This document shows, in pieces, positions 39,686 to 50,374 of a DNA stretch of 64,000 nt. A program made the translations under genes and the position numbers. Position 1 is the stretch's first letter; each line of letters begins with the position of its first letter. The notes below the pieces were generated by a model. The model had not been told where the DNA came from and ran no database searches. It saw nothing but the letters and a program-made list of their open reading frames with translations. Origin of the DNA: an uncultured Clostridia bacterium (GTDB lineage Bacteria; Bacillota; Clostridia; TANB77; CAG-508); contig CARPYP010000001.1 of the NCBI GenBank assembly GCA_949045875.1, positions 57,166 through 121,165 of the forward strand, read 5' to 3'.

Positions 39686-39861
39686 TACATTCATAATTAA
39701 TAAATTTGAGAAATTATTTGAGTGAAATTGAGGTTAGAAATGTTATAATTTCAGTTATAGGGAATCTCGAGCCTGTCGAGAGGGCGCTGTAATTGAAATT
39801 ATTACATTCTCTCCGAAATTGAGAGGGATAGAATTTCGAGAATTTATTAATTATGAATGTA
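39686..39861. mobile_element. MITE-like 176-bp element with perfect 21-bp terminal inverted repeats (TACATTCATAATTAATAAATT)
   Basis: Left TIR 39686-39706 and right TIR 39841-39861 are exact reverse complements. Internal GC core GGGAATCTCGAGCCTGTCGAGAGGGCGCTG is flanked by complementary arms (ataatttcagttata / tgtaattgaaattat). The promoter-like TTAGAAATGTTATAAT lies inside. Second copy at 18085-18258. Confidence 0.7.
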
Positions 39862-39870
39862 TTGTATTTT

Positions 39871-39900
39871 TGGGCAGACACAGGGCCTGCCCCTACATTA
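39871..39900. repeat. GC-hairpin family member (GGGCAGACACAGGGCCTGCCCCTACATT)
   Basis: Same stem and tail as 62681-62766, but without the loop insert. Confidence 0.5.
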
Positions 39901-39904
39901 CCTA

Positions 39905-39985
39905 TTTATTAAGACCTTTCTTAATTTCTTCCATTTTGAAAATTTCTAATGTATCTCCTTATAGATACATTAAATTTTTCTATAA
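39905..39985. repeat. Diverged (~80% identity) duplicate of the last ~80 nt of infB
   Basis: aagacctttcttaatttcttccattttgaaaatttctaatgtatctccttatagatacattaaatttttctat aligns to infB 3' end at 40019-40100 (aagacctttcttagtctcaaccatagtaaaaatttctaatgtatctccttctatgatgtcattgtatttttctat). A 23-nt stretch is identical. Confidence 0.7.
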
Positions 39986-40017
39986 TCATTCTAGTTAAAT
40001 AAGCTCATTTCATTCGC

Positions 40018-43000
40018 TCATTTACCAAGACCTTTCTTAGTCTCAACCATAGTAAAAATTTCTAATGTATCTCCTTCTATGATGTCATTGTATTTTTCTA
40101 TTTGTAGTCCGCATTCATATCCTTCTGTTACTTCTTTTACGTCGTCTTTGAATCTTTTTAGTGATTCTAGTTTTCCTTCATGTATTACTACATTGTCTCT
40201 TATTACTCTTACTCCTGCATGACGTTCTATTTTTCCACTTGTTACATAACATCCTGCAATTGTTCCTAATGAACTTACTTTGAATATTTGACGGATTTCT
40301 GCATTTCCGATTACTTTTTCTTCGAATTTTGGATCTAACATTCCTGTCATCGCATCTTTTACGTCTTCAATTGCATTGTATATTACTGAATATGTCTTTA
40401 TTTCTATTTCTTCTTTTTCTGCTACTATTTTTGCTAGTGGCTCTGGTCTTACATTAAATGCTATGATAATTGCATGTGCAACTTTTGCTAATGTAACATC
40501 TGATTCTGTTACTCCTCCTACATTCGCATGTATGACTTTTACTTTTACTTCTTCATTAGATAACTTTTCTAAACTTGATTGCACTGCTTCTACTGAACCT
40601 TGTAAGTCTGCTTTTACAATTAAGTTTAATTCTTTTAGCTTTCCTTTTTCAATTTGGCTAAATAAGTCGTTTAATGATAATTTTGAAATTGAATTTATTG
40701 ATTTTTCTCTTGCTTGACGTTTTCTCTTTTCTATTAAGTGTTTTGCTGTTTTTTCATCATCTACTTCATAGAAAATTTCTCCTGCTTCTGGTACCTCTGT
40801 TAATCCTAAAACTTCTACTGGCGTTGATGGTCCTGCTTTCTTTACTTTTTTTCCATATTCATTTGTCATTGCTCTAATTTTACCAATTACTGAACCAACT
40901 ACTATCATATCTCCTGTATCTAATGTACCACGTTGTACAAGCATTGTTGCTAGCGGTCCTCTAGTTTTGTCAAGTCTTGCTTCTATTACAGTACCTTTAG
41001 ATTGTTTATTAGGATTTGCTTTAAGTTCTTGCATATCTGCTACTAATAATACCATTTCTAGTAATCCATCTATGTTAATTCTTTTCTTAGCTGAAATTTC
41101 AACAAATACGGTATTTCCTCCCCATTCTTCTGGTACTAATTCATATTTCATTAATTCTTCTTTTACTTTTTGTGGATTTGCACCTTCTACATCAATTTTA
41201 TTAATTGCAACTATTATAGGAATTCCTGCTGATTTTGCATGGTTTATAGCTTCAACAGTTTGAGGCATTACTCCATCGTTTGCTGCAACTACTAATATTG
41301 CAATGTCTGTTACTTGTGCTCCTCTTGCTCTCATTCCTGTAAATGCTTCATGCCCTGGTGTATCTAAAAATGTTATTTCTCTACTATTAACAACTACTTT
41401 ATAAGCACCTATTTTTTGAGTTATTCCACCTGCTTCTCCTTCTATTACATTAGTTTGTCTAATAGCGTCTAGCAGTGATGTTTTACCATGGTCTACATGC
41501 CCCATAACTACTATAACTGGTGGACGTGTTATCATTTCTTCTGGGTTATCTTCTGTATCATCAAATAGTATTTCTTCATCTGTTATTATTTCTTTTTTCT
41601 TTGCTGTTATTCCAAATTCTCCTGCTATTAAGAATGCTGTGTCAAAATCAATATCATTATTTATTGTTGCCATTATTCCATAATTTAATAATTTTTTTAT
41701 AACGTCTCCTGATGTTTTTTTCATTTCTACTGCTAAATCTTTTACTGTTATTGATTCTGGTATTGTTATTTCTGTTAGCTCAAAGATTTTTTGCTTGTTT
41801 CTTTCTTCTTGATTACTATTTTTCTTTTTGTTTTTCTTGTCTCTTCTCTTACTTAAATCATAATAATCTAACATTCCACCTTCTTGGTCATTAAACATGT
41901 TTGATAATTTATTAGTTTGTTTCAAATCTTTTAATTTTCCACTGTCGAAATTTTCATTTCCATTGCCTTTTCTTGATTTGGTATTCTTTTTAGCTTTTGA
42001 TTCATCTATTTTAGTAGTTTTTTGTTTGTTTTTATTATATTCTCTAGTAATTTCTTTTTCTCCAAAGTCTGCTTCCATGATGTTTTTTATATTTTTTTCA
42101 ATTCCTTTTTCATCAAGTGGTCTATTGTTTCTAAATCCATTATTATTGTTGTTCCTATTATAATTATTATTTCTATTGAAACCATTATTTTGATTTCTAT
42201 TTCCATTATTGTTTCCATTTCGATCAAAATTTCTATTGTTGTTTCTGTTTCCATAATTTTGATTATTGTTATTTCTATCTTGGTAATTGTTGTTTCTATT
42301 AAATCCGTTATTTTGGTTTCTTTTTTCATTGTTGTTTCTATCAAAATTTCTATTGTTTCTGTTGGCATAATTTTTACTGTTATTTCTATCAAAATTTCTT
42401 TCATTGTTTATGTTTTTATGAGTATTTTCAGTGTTTTTCTTTGTTATAGTTTCTTTATGTTCTTCTGAAACTTTTGGGGGTTCTATTTCTTTCTTATCTT
42501 CTTTAATTTCAGGTATTGGTTTGATTTCTTCTTTTCTTTCTACTTCTACTTTTTCTTTTACTTTTTCTTCTTCTTTTACTTCTTCTTTTTGTTTAACTGG
42601 TTCTTCTTTTTTCTTTTTGTTTAATCCAAAAAGTTCACTTGCAGTCATAGGTTTTGTTGGTTTATTTCTATATACAATGTTATAATTATTATTTTTTCTT
42701 TCTACAACTTTTCCAGCTTCTTTCTTACTTTTTTCAACAGTAGCATTATTTTCTTTATTACTTTCCTCTTCTTCTGATATTATTACTGCTCTCCTGATAA
42801 TTACTGGTGCATTTTCATCTTGTTTCTTTTCTTGTGTATTTGATTTTTTTTCTTTATTATCCATACTTTGACTTTTCATTTCCTTACTAAATTTATTTTT
42901 AATCTTTTTTACCATTTGCTCATCAATCGTGCTTAAATGGTTTTTAACATTTGCTCCTAATTCATTTGCTATTGATACAATTTCTTTACTTGCTACTCCT

Positions 43001-43038
43001 AATTGTTTTGCTAATTCATGTATTTTTATTTTTTCCAT
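40018..43038 (-). CDS. infB: Translation initiation factor IF-2 with long Asn/Arg-rich low-complexity N-terminal region
   Basis: GTP-binding [26 protein letters not shown]. The ORF track starts at 43077, but [15 protein letters not shown] with a GGGGGTGA RBS at 43038 fits IF2 N-termini. An in-frame tandem repeat region lies at ~42100-42420. Confidence 0.9.
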   Translation of the reverse strand: MEKIKIHELAKQLGVASKEIVSIANELGANVKNHLSTIDEQMVKKIKNKFSKEMKSQSMDNKEKKSNTQEKKQDENAPVIIRRAVIISEEEESNKENNATVEKSKKEAGKVVERKNNNYNIVYRNKPTKPMTASELFGLNKKKKEEPVKQKEEVKEEEKVKEKVEVERKEEIKPIPEIKEDKKEIEPPKVSEEHKETITKKNTENTHKNINNERNFDRNNSKNYANRNNRNFDRNNNEKRNQNNGFNRNNNYQDRNNNNQNYGNRNNNRNFDRNGNNNGNRNQNNGFNRNNNYNRNNNNNGFRNNRPLDEKGIEKNIKNIMEADFGEKEITREYNKNKQKTTKIDESKAKKNTKSRKGNGNENFDSGKLKDLKQTNKLSNMFNDQEGGMLDYYDLSKRRDKKNKKKNSNQEERNKQKIFELTEITIPESITVKDLAVEMKKTSGDVIKKLLNYGIMATINNDIDFDTAFLIAGEFGITAKKKEIITDEEILFDDTEDNPEEMITRPPVIVVMGHVDHGKTSLLDAIRQTNVIEGEAGGITQKIGAYKVVVNSREITFLDTPGHEAFTGMRARGAQVTDIAILVVAANDGVMPQTVEAINHAKSAGIPIIVAINKIDVEGANPQKVKEELMKYELVPEEWGGNTVFVEISAKKRINIDGLLEMVLLVADMQELKANPNKQSKGTVIEARLDKTRGPLATMLVQRGTLDTGDMIVVGSVIGKIRAMTNEYGKKVKKAGPSTPVEVLGLTEVPEAGEIFYEVDDEKTAKHLIEKRKRQAREKSINSISKLSLNDLFSQIEKGKLKELNLIVKADLQGSVEAVQSSLEKLSNEEVKVKVIHANVGGVTESDVTLAKVAHAIIIAFNVRPEPLAKIVAEKEEIEIKTYSVIYNAIEDVKDAMTGMLDPKFEEKVIGNAEIRQIFKVSSLGTIAGCYVTSGKIERHAGVRVIRDNVVIHEGKLESLKRFKDDVKEVTEGYECGLQIEKYNDIIEGDTLEIFTMVETKKGLGK

Positions 43039-43384
43039 ATAGCAAATCACCCCCAATTTCTTTAATAAGCTTTTCAATTTCTTCTGATAAGCTCTTCGAT
43101 TTTATTCCTATAATTGCTTTATTGCTTTTTCCTATAGTTTGGCTTATTTCATCAATATCCCCAAATTCTAATATTGGTACATTGCTTTTGTCGCAAATGT
43201 TTTTGATATTTTTCTTGGTTCTTTCCGACGCATTTTCTGCAACAATTACTAATTTTACTCTATGTTTTTCAATATCTTCAATTGTTGCATCATTTCCGCA
43301 AACTATTTTTCCTGCTTTAGCAGATATTCCAAGCATACCTAGTACTTTTCTTTTCTGATATGCACTCTTGTCTTCTATATTCAA
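43016..43384 (-). CDS. ylxQ: L7Ae-family ribosomal-like protein YlxQ
   Basis: 122 aa (possibly a shorter internal start). [13 protein letters not shown]...[11 protein letters not shown], typical of YlxQ between nusA and infB. Confidence 0.7.
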   Translation of the reverse strand: MNIEDKSAYQKRKVLGMLGISAKAGKIVCGNDATIEDIEKHRVKLVIVAENASERTKKNIKNICDKSNVPILEFGDIDEISQTIGKSNKAIIGIKSKSLSEEIEKLIKEIGGDLLYGKNKNT

Positions 43385-43404
43385 AGATTTTCCCCCTTGA
43401 GATT

Positions 43405-44520
43405 TTATTCTTCTTCAATTTGTTCTTCATTTTTTTCTGTTATTTCGCCTTCTTGCATATTTGCTAACATTTCTCTAAATTGTGTTTCTGATTTAATATC
43501 TATTTTCCAACCTGTAAGTCTTGCTGCTAGTCTAGCATTTTGACCAGCTTTTCCTATTGCAAGTGATAATTGGTCATCTTTTACTATTACTCTTGCTTGT
43601 TTTTCTTCTTCTTGAATATCAACTGCCATTACTTGTGCTGGTAATAGAGCTGATGCTATAAATATTGCTGGGTCTTCATTCCATTCGATAACATCTATTT
43701 TTTCTCCTGCTAATTCATTTATTATATTTTGAATTCTTACTCCCTTTTGTCCAACACATGAACCTACTGGGTCTATATTTTCATCTGCTGATGCTACTGC
43801 TACTTTACATCTATTTCCTGGATCTCTTGCTACACTTTTTACCTCTATTAATCCTTCATATATTTCTGGTATTTCTAATTGAAATAATTTTTTTACAAAG
43901 TCTCCTGAGGCTCTTGATATTATAACTTGTGGATTTCCTTTGTTTCCTCTTACTACATCTACTACATATCCTTTTATCTTATCATTTACACTATAACTTT
44001 CTGTTGGTATTTGCTCTTTTTTAGGCATAATTCCTTCAAGTTTTCCTAAGTCAACTATTATTACTCCTGTGTCTGCTTTTTGTACTATTCCTGACAGAAT
44101 TTCTCCTTTTCTTTCGTTAAATTCTCCAAATACTAGGTTTCTTTCTGCTTCTCTCAATTTTTGAATGATAACTTGTTTTGCTGTTTGTGCTGCTATTCTT
44201 CCAAAGTTTTTTGGAATTATCTCTATATTTACTGTTTCTCCTTCTAGAACTGCTGGATTAATTTTTTGTGCTTCTTTCATAGAAATTTGCAATATTGGGT
44301 CTTCTATATCTTTTACGACTTCTTTTACTGAATATATATGTGTTTCCCCTGTTATTTCATCTAATGTTACTTTTACATTATCACTTGAATCATAGTTTCT
44401 TTTATATGCTGTAACTAATGCTGTTTCAATGGATTCTAATAAGTATTTTTTTTCTATTCCTTTCTCTTTTTCTAATAAAATTAATGCTTGTTCTAGTTCT
44501 TTATTATCTATGGCTTTCAT
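43405..44520 (-). CDS. nusA: Transcription termination/antitermination factor NusA
   Basis: 371 aa. S1 and KH domains (GEILSGIVQKADTGVIIVDLG; RDPGNRCKVAVAS). Confidence 0.9.
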   Translation of the reverse strand: MKAIDNKELEQALILLEKEKGIEKKYLLESIETALVTAYKRNYDSSDNVKVTLDEITGETHIYSVKEVVKDIEDPILQISMKEAQKINPAVLEGETVNIEIIPKNFGRIAAQTAKQVIIQKLREAERNLVFGEFNERKGEILSGIVQKADTGVIIVDLGKLEGIMPKKEQIPTESYSVNDKIKGYVVDVVRGNKGNPQVIISRASGDFVKKLFQLEIPEIYEGLIEVKSVARDPGNRCKVAVASADENIDPVGSCVGQKGVRIQNIINELAGEKIDVIEWNEDPAIFIASALLPAQVMAVDIQEEEKQARVIVKDDQLSLAIGKAGQNARLAARLTGWKIDIKSETQFREMLANMQEGEITEKNEEQIEEE

Positions 44521-44542
44521 TTCTTAATCATTCCTTTCTTTT

Positions 44543-44996
44543 TTACCATTCAAATTTGAGCTTTATTAAAGATATATTTTTTCTTTCTATCTCTACAATT
44601 TCTTCTTGTTGTATGTAAATTTTATTATCATCATATTTATTTAATATTCCTTCTATTTGCTTTTGATGGTTTATTGGCTTAAATAAATTTATTATAATTT
44701 CTTTTCCTATATTTTCCTTTAAATGTCTTTCTTTTCTTAAAATTCTCTCAACTCCTGGAGATGAGATTTCTAAAAAATATTGCTCTTTTATATAATCTGC
44801 TTTGTCTAAAATATCATTTATACCATTATTAACTTTTTCACAGTCATTTAAATCTATTCCGTTTTTCACTGTCTATGAATATTCTTAAAAAATAATCTTT
44901 TCCTTCTTTAGAATACTCTACATCATATAATTCATATCCTAGTTCTTTAATCTTAGGGAAAATTAGAGTTTCGACTTTTTCTTCAATATTTGCCAA
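44543..44996 (-). pseudogene. rimP: Ribosome maturation factor RimP interrupted by a -1 frameshift in an A5 run (near 44865-44870)
   Basis: From a TTG start at 44996 with GAGGAGG RBS, the frame reads ANIEEKVETLIFPKIKELGYELYDVEYSKEGKDYFLRIFIDSEK and then stops. The downstream frame continues NGIDLNDCEKV...LEISSPGVERILRK (RimP signature). One extra A in gaaaaacgg would restore a single frame. Confidence 0.7.
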
Positions 44997-45081
44997 TATA
45001 TATCCTCCTCTGAATTTTATAGCACATTTTAAATAGGCTTATGTATTTCTTAAAATAGTACTATATTTTTATATTCATAAT

Positions 45082-45110
45082 CAAAGGGTGGAATTTGCTT
45101 CCACCCTTTC
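45082..45110. terminator. Hairpin aagggtggaa-tttgc-ttccaccctt between rimP and the upstream FAD oxidoreductase gene
   Basis: 10-bp stem. T-rich on the + side (tctgtattctcttttt). Confidence 0.45.
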
Positions 45111-45261
45111 TGTATTCTCTTTTTGCATGAATTTATTATACTATCTATTTCCGTAGTTGTCAAGCGATAAATTTAAAAATCTTTGATGTATAATATTTTT
45201 GTATTCATTCTCTCGTATGTGCTATTTACTTAAATATTTTTTATTTTTCTTAAACCATCTA

Positions 45262-46710
45262 TTACCTTCGCTTGCTAGCTAATACACGAGCCATTTGAAC
45301 TCCACTAGCAGATGCCATTATTAATCCTCTTGTTAGTCCTCCTCCATCTCCTATTGAATATAGTCCTTCTATATTTGTTTTGAAGTCGTTGTCTATTATT
45401 AATTGGTTTGAATAGAATTTTATTTCTGCTGCATATAGTAAATTGTCTGGATGGGCAAATCCTGGTATTACTTTTTCCATTGCTTTTATAAATTCTAGTA
45501 TATCTACCATTGTTCTATACCCTATTGCATATGTAATGTCTCCTGCTATGGCTGTTTTTAGTGTTGGAATAACACTGTTGTTTTCTAATTCGTTTTGCCA
45601 TGTTCTTTTTCCTTCTAATATATCTCCTAGTCTTTGCACTAATACATTCCCTTTTCCTAATTGATTCGCATTTTCTGCAATGTTCATTCCATATTTTATT
45701 GGCTCTTTGAATGGATTATTGAAATGGTGTGATGCAAGTAATGCTAAATTTGTGTTTTTACTTTTTCTGTCTTTATATGCATGTCCATTTACTAATGTTA
45801 AATTGTTGTCATATACTTCATTTGCAACAAATCCGCTTGGGTTCTGACAAAATGTTCTTACTTTGTCTCCATATGGTGGCAAATATCCAACAAATTTTCC
45901 TTCATACATATATTTATTTACATCTTTCATTACTTCATCTGGTAATTCATATCTAACTCCAATGTCTACTACTCCTGCTCTATTTTCAATTGAGTGTTTA
46001 TCACACATTGTTGCAAGCCATTCTGCTCCTTTTCTTCCGATGCCTAAAACTATGTTTTCTGAATATATCTTTTTGGTTTCTCCTGTCTTCCCTGCTTTTT
46101 CTATTATTACACCTTTTGCATGATTATTGTCTATTATTAAGTCTTTTACATTTGTTTCAAACATTATTTCAATATTATTTTCTAATAAATATTTTTCTAT
46201 TTTTTTATATAGTTCATGGCTTTTCTCTGTACCTAAATGTCTTATTGGACAATTACATAATAATATTCCATTTTCTTTTGCTCTATCTGAAATTTTTTTA
46301 ATTTCTTCTAAGTTTTCTAGTCCTTCTACTTTTGTATCTGCTCCAAATTTTAAGTATATATCATCTGCATAAAACATTAATTCTTTTGTTTTTTCTACGC
46401 CTAAATATTCCTGTAGATTTCCTCCAACTTCTATGTGGTCATCATCTTTGTTTGGTAAAGTTAGTTTTCCATCTGAAAAAGCTCCTGCTCCTGAGAAACC
46501 ACTTGTTATATTACAATATGGTTTGCATTTTACACATTTGCCTGTCTTTTCTATTGGACAATTTCTATTTTCTACCTTTTTTCCCTGTTCTATCATTAAT
46601 ATCTTTTTATCTTTGTTTAATCCTAGTTGTATTAATTCATATGCAGTAAATGCACCACTTGGTCCTGCTCCAACTATTATTACATCATACTTTTCGTCTA
46701 TTTTAATCAT
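45262..46710 (-). CDS. Uncharacterised FAD-dependent dehydrogenase (COG2509/HI0933-like family)
   Basis: 482 aa. VIIVGAGPSGAFTAYEL dinucleotide-binding motif. Cys cluster CVKCKPYCNITSGFSGAGAFSDGKL. Confidence 0.7.
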   Translation of the reverse strand: MIKIDEKYDVIIVGAGPSGAFTAYELIQLGLNKDKKILMIEQGKKVENRNCPIEKTGKCVKCKPYCNITSGFSGAGAFSDGKLTLPNKDDDHIEVGGNLQEYLGVEKTKELMFYADDIYLKFGADTKVEGLENLEEIKKISDRAKENGILLCNCPIRHLGTEKSHELYKKIEKYLLENNIEIMFETNVKDLIIDNNHAKGVIIEKAGKTGETKKIYSENIVLGIGRKGAEWLATMCDKHSIENRAGVVDIGVRYELPDEVMKDVNKYMYEGKFVGYLPPYGDKVRTFCQNPSGFVANEVYDNNLTLVNGHAYKDRKSKNTNLALLASHHFNNPFKEPIKYGMNIAENANQLGKGNVLVQRLGDILEGKRTWQNELENNSVIPTLKTAIAGDITYAIGYRTMVDILEFIKAMEKVIPGFAHPDNLLYAAEIKFYSNQLIIDNDFKTNIEGLYSIGDGGGLTRGLIMASASGVQMARVLASKRR

Positions 46711-47180
46711 CCTTCCTTAATCTATGTTAATAATCCTCATTCTTCTTTCCTGTTATTTGTTCTATATCAATTTTACATATATATTGCTTTAATATATTTT
46801 TCTATTACTTCTTCTCTTTTAGTAATATCCTTTGGAGCAAATCTATTGCATCGTTGAACTAGTTTTTTTCTTAGGTATCATATTTGTCTCCCTTATAATT
46901 TTTATTTATTTCATATTATCATAAAAAAAAGTAATTATCAATAAGCTTTTCCATTATTTTATATACTCTAGACACTTTTGTTCTAATTTTTTAAAATCGC
47001 ATATATTGAATTTATTTCTAGTTTCTTCTTTTAAACTTAAATTATATACTTCATTTGCTTTTCTTCTTATCTTCTCTCTATTAACATTACAATAATGTAA
47101 TTCTTTTCTTAATAACAATAGAGGTTAAAATCTAAATTTTAACCCCCTTAATTAAATCACGCTATTTTGTTTTGAGTTAG

Positions 47181-47276
47181 CGTTTACTCGAATATATAGT
47201 TCACCATCTTTTATAAGTTGTGAAACACTTGAATATATAGTTCGCCATTTTTTTATGAGTTGCGAAACACTCGAAT
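47181..47276. repeat. Tandem direct repeat, ~2.1 copies of a ~46-nt unit (TYGAATATATAGTTCRCCATYTTTTTATRAGTTGYGAAACAC)
   Basis: tcgaatatatagttcaccatcttttataagttgtgaaacac | ttgaatatatagttcgccatttttttatgagttgcgaaacac | tcgaat, inside a 757-nt non-coding gap. Confidence 0.7.
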
Positions 47277-47467
47277 TAGTGAATAGCTATTCTTTATTAG
47301 TATATTAATTATACTATTTTTTTATACCTAATGTCAATAGCTAAATTACAAATATTCGTTCTGTTAAATATTATGAATTTTATTACAAAATTATATTTCT
47401 TATAATTAAAAAATCAAAATTGTTTCTATACATTTCTTTACTATGTATTCAATGAAAAAGTGATATA

Positions 47468-48472
47468 TTAGTCCATCAAGTATTCCATTATCTGTATTGC
47501 ATTACTTGCTGCTCCTTTTCTTATATTGTCTGCTACTACCCAAAGGTTCACTCCATTTTCTATGCTATTATCTCTTCTTATTCTTCCAACATAAACTTCA
47601 TCTGTTCCTGTTGCACTTGTTGCTATTGGATATATTTCATTTTTTATATCATCTTGAATTATTATTCCTTTTGAATTTTTTAAAATTTCAACTAACTCTT
47701 TATCTTCAAATTTATTCTCAAACTCTATGTTTATTGATTCACTGTGTGAATTCATTACAGGTACTCTTACTGTTGTTGCTGTTATTCTTAAATCTGGTCT
47801 ATGTAAAATTTTTCTTGTTTCATTTATCATTTTTTCTTCTTCTTTTGTATATCCATTATCTAAAAATACATCTATATGAGGCAAACAGTTATTAAAAATT
47901 TCATATTTAAATTTTTCTAATTCATATTTGTTTTTATTCTCAGAATTTTTTATTCCATTTTCTAAATCATTTATACCATGCTTTCCTGCTCCTGAAACTG
48001 CTTGATATGTAGAGTATACTATTCTTTTTATTTTATATTTATCTTCTAATGGTTTTAGTGCTACTACTGCTTGAATTGTAGAACAGTTCGGGTTTGCTAT
48101 TATACCATGATGTTTTGTTGCATCTTCTATATTTACTTCTGGTACTACTAATGGTACATCTTCGTGCATTCTAAATGCACTACTATTGTCTATTACTATA
48201 CAACCTTTACTTGCAGCTATTGGAGAATATTTTTTAGATGTTTCTCCTCCAGCAGAAAATAATGCAAAGTCAAATTTATCATTAAATGAATTTTCGTTTA
48301 GTTCTTTAATCTCATACTCTTTGTTCATAAATACTATCTTTTTTCCAGCAGATTTTTTTGACGCAAAAAATACATATTCAGATATTGGAAGCCTTTTCTC
48401 CTCTAATACCCTTCTCATCATTTCTCCTACCACACCTGTTGCACCTACAACTGCAATTTTATACTCTTTCAT
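47468..48472 (-). CDS. asd: Aspartate-semialdehyde dehydrogenase
   Basis: 334 aa. KIAVVGATGVVG NAD(P)-binding N-terminus. Catalytic Cys region ANPNCSTI. Confidence 0.9.
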   Translation of the reverse strand: MKEYKIAVVGATGVVGEMMRRVLEEKRLPISEYVFFASKKSAGKKIVFMNKEYEIKELNENSFNDKFDFALFSAGGETSKKYSPIAASKGCIVIDNSSAFRMHEDVPLVVPEVNIEDATKHHGIIANPNCSTIQAVVALKPLEDKYKIKRIVYSTYQAVSGAGKHGINDLENGIKNSENKNKYELEKFKYEIFNNCLPHIDVFLDNGYTKEEEKMINETRKILHRPDLRITATTVRVPVMNSHSESINIEFENKFEDKELVEILKNSKGIIIQDDIKNEIYPIATSATGTDEVYVGRIRRDNSIENGVNLWVVADNIRKGAASNAIQIMEYLMD

Positions 48473-48510
48473 AATTTATCACCCTTTCTGGAATTATTTT
48501 ATATTCTTAT

Positions 48511-48536
48511 TTCGGACGCCCAAAGGGCGCCCCTAC
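48511..48536. repeat. GC-hairpin family member (GGACGCCCAAAGGGCGCCCCTACAAT)
   Basis: Stem cgccc/gggcg plus CCCCTACAAT tail just upstream of asd. Confidence 0.45.
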
Positions 48537-48655
48537 AATAATCTATATGCCTAACCGCAATTATTTTTCAATTTTGTAACCATTTTTTTATAAATGAATA
48601 ATATATAACATAACAAATGAAATGCAGAACAATTTTTTATAGGAGGTTGTAAGAA

Positions 48656-48757
48656 ATGAACAATTGTTGCTCAAATAATAGTGAAATTTTATGGTTCATT
48701 ATTCTATTCCTACTACTATTTTGTTGCGGTTGTGGTAACAGATGTTGTTGCGACTAA
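48656..48757 (+). CDS. Tiny Cys-rich transmembrane peptide (33 aa), YjcZ-like / tiny_TM family
   Basis: AGGAGG RBS. MNNCCSNNSEILWFIILFLLLFCCGCGNRCCCD: Cys/Gly-rich ends flanking a hydrophobic core. Confidence 0.6.
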   Translation: MNNCCSNNSEILWFIILFLLLFCCGCGNRCCCD

Positions 48758-48842
48758 TGCAAAATAAGTAATTATTTCTTTTTATCAATCCACTCTAAAA
48801 AAGAGTTGGAAAATACTTAAAACAAACAAGGAGGTGAATATA

Positions 48843-48977
48843 ATGCCAGAAAATAGATGTTGCGGTGGATGTGGCGGATTTGGATTCGGCGGTGATTGCT
48901 GTTGGATAATAATTCTTATCATCTTATTATTCTGTTGTTGTGGAAACAACAATAATGGTTGTGGTTGTGGTTGCTAA
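48843..48977 (+). CDS. Tiny Cys/Gly-rich transmembrane peptide (44 aa), YjcZ-like paralog
   Basis: AAGGAGG RBS. MPENRCCGGCGGFGFGGDCCWIIILIILLFCCCGNNNNGCGCGC. Confidence 0.6.
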   Translation: MPENRCCGGCGGFGFGGDCCWIIILIILLFCCCGNNNNGCGCGC

Positions 48978-48986
48978 TAACACTCT

Positions 48987-49011
48987 GGGCACGGTGCACC
49001 GTGCCCTTTTT
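48987..49011 (+). terminator. Rho-independent terminator: perfect 20-nt palindrome GGGCACGGTGCACCGTGCCC + TTTTT
   Basis: Directly after the 48977 stop. Stem sequence belongs to the GGGCAC/GTGCCC family. Confidence 0.75.
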
Positions 49012-49062
49012 GCAATTCTTTATTAATGTACAATAATTCAAGTTTTAAAAATAATTTGAAAC

Positions 49063-50335
<1,273 letters not shown>

Positions 50336-50374
50336 TTAAGCCCTCCTTTTTATAATTCAAAATAAACAAATTTT

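Noticed and set aside
42087-42404. 105-aa same-strand ORF inside infB
   Set aside because: It is an alternative frame through the Asn/Arg-rich nucleotide repeat of IF-2 (translates as ET/IEI repeats). An artefact of the tandem repeat, not a gene.
48473-48655. Lysine riboswitch (L-box) upstream of asd, and T-box leaders upstream of trpS/gltX
   Set aside because: The asd 5' region is only ~180 nt and is occupied by a GC-hairpin repeat. No conserved L-box segments were recognised. trpS follows rpiB with an 18-nt gap. The gltX 5' region (120 nt) is too short for a T-box and is occupied by a hairpin with an AT-rich insert.
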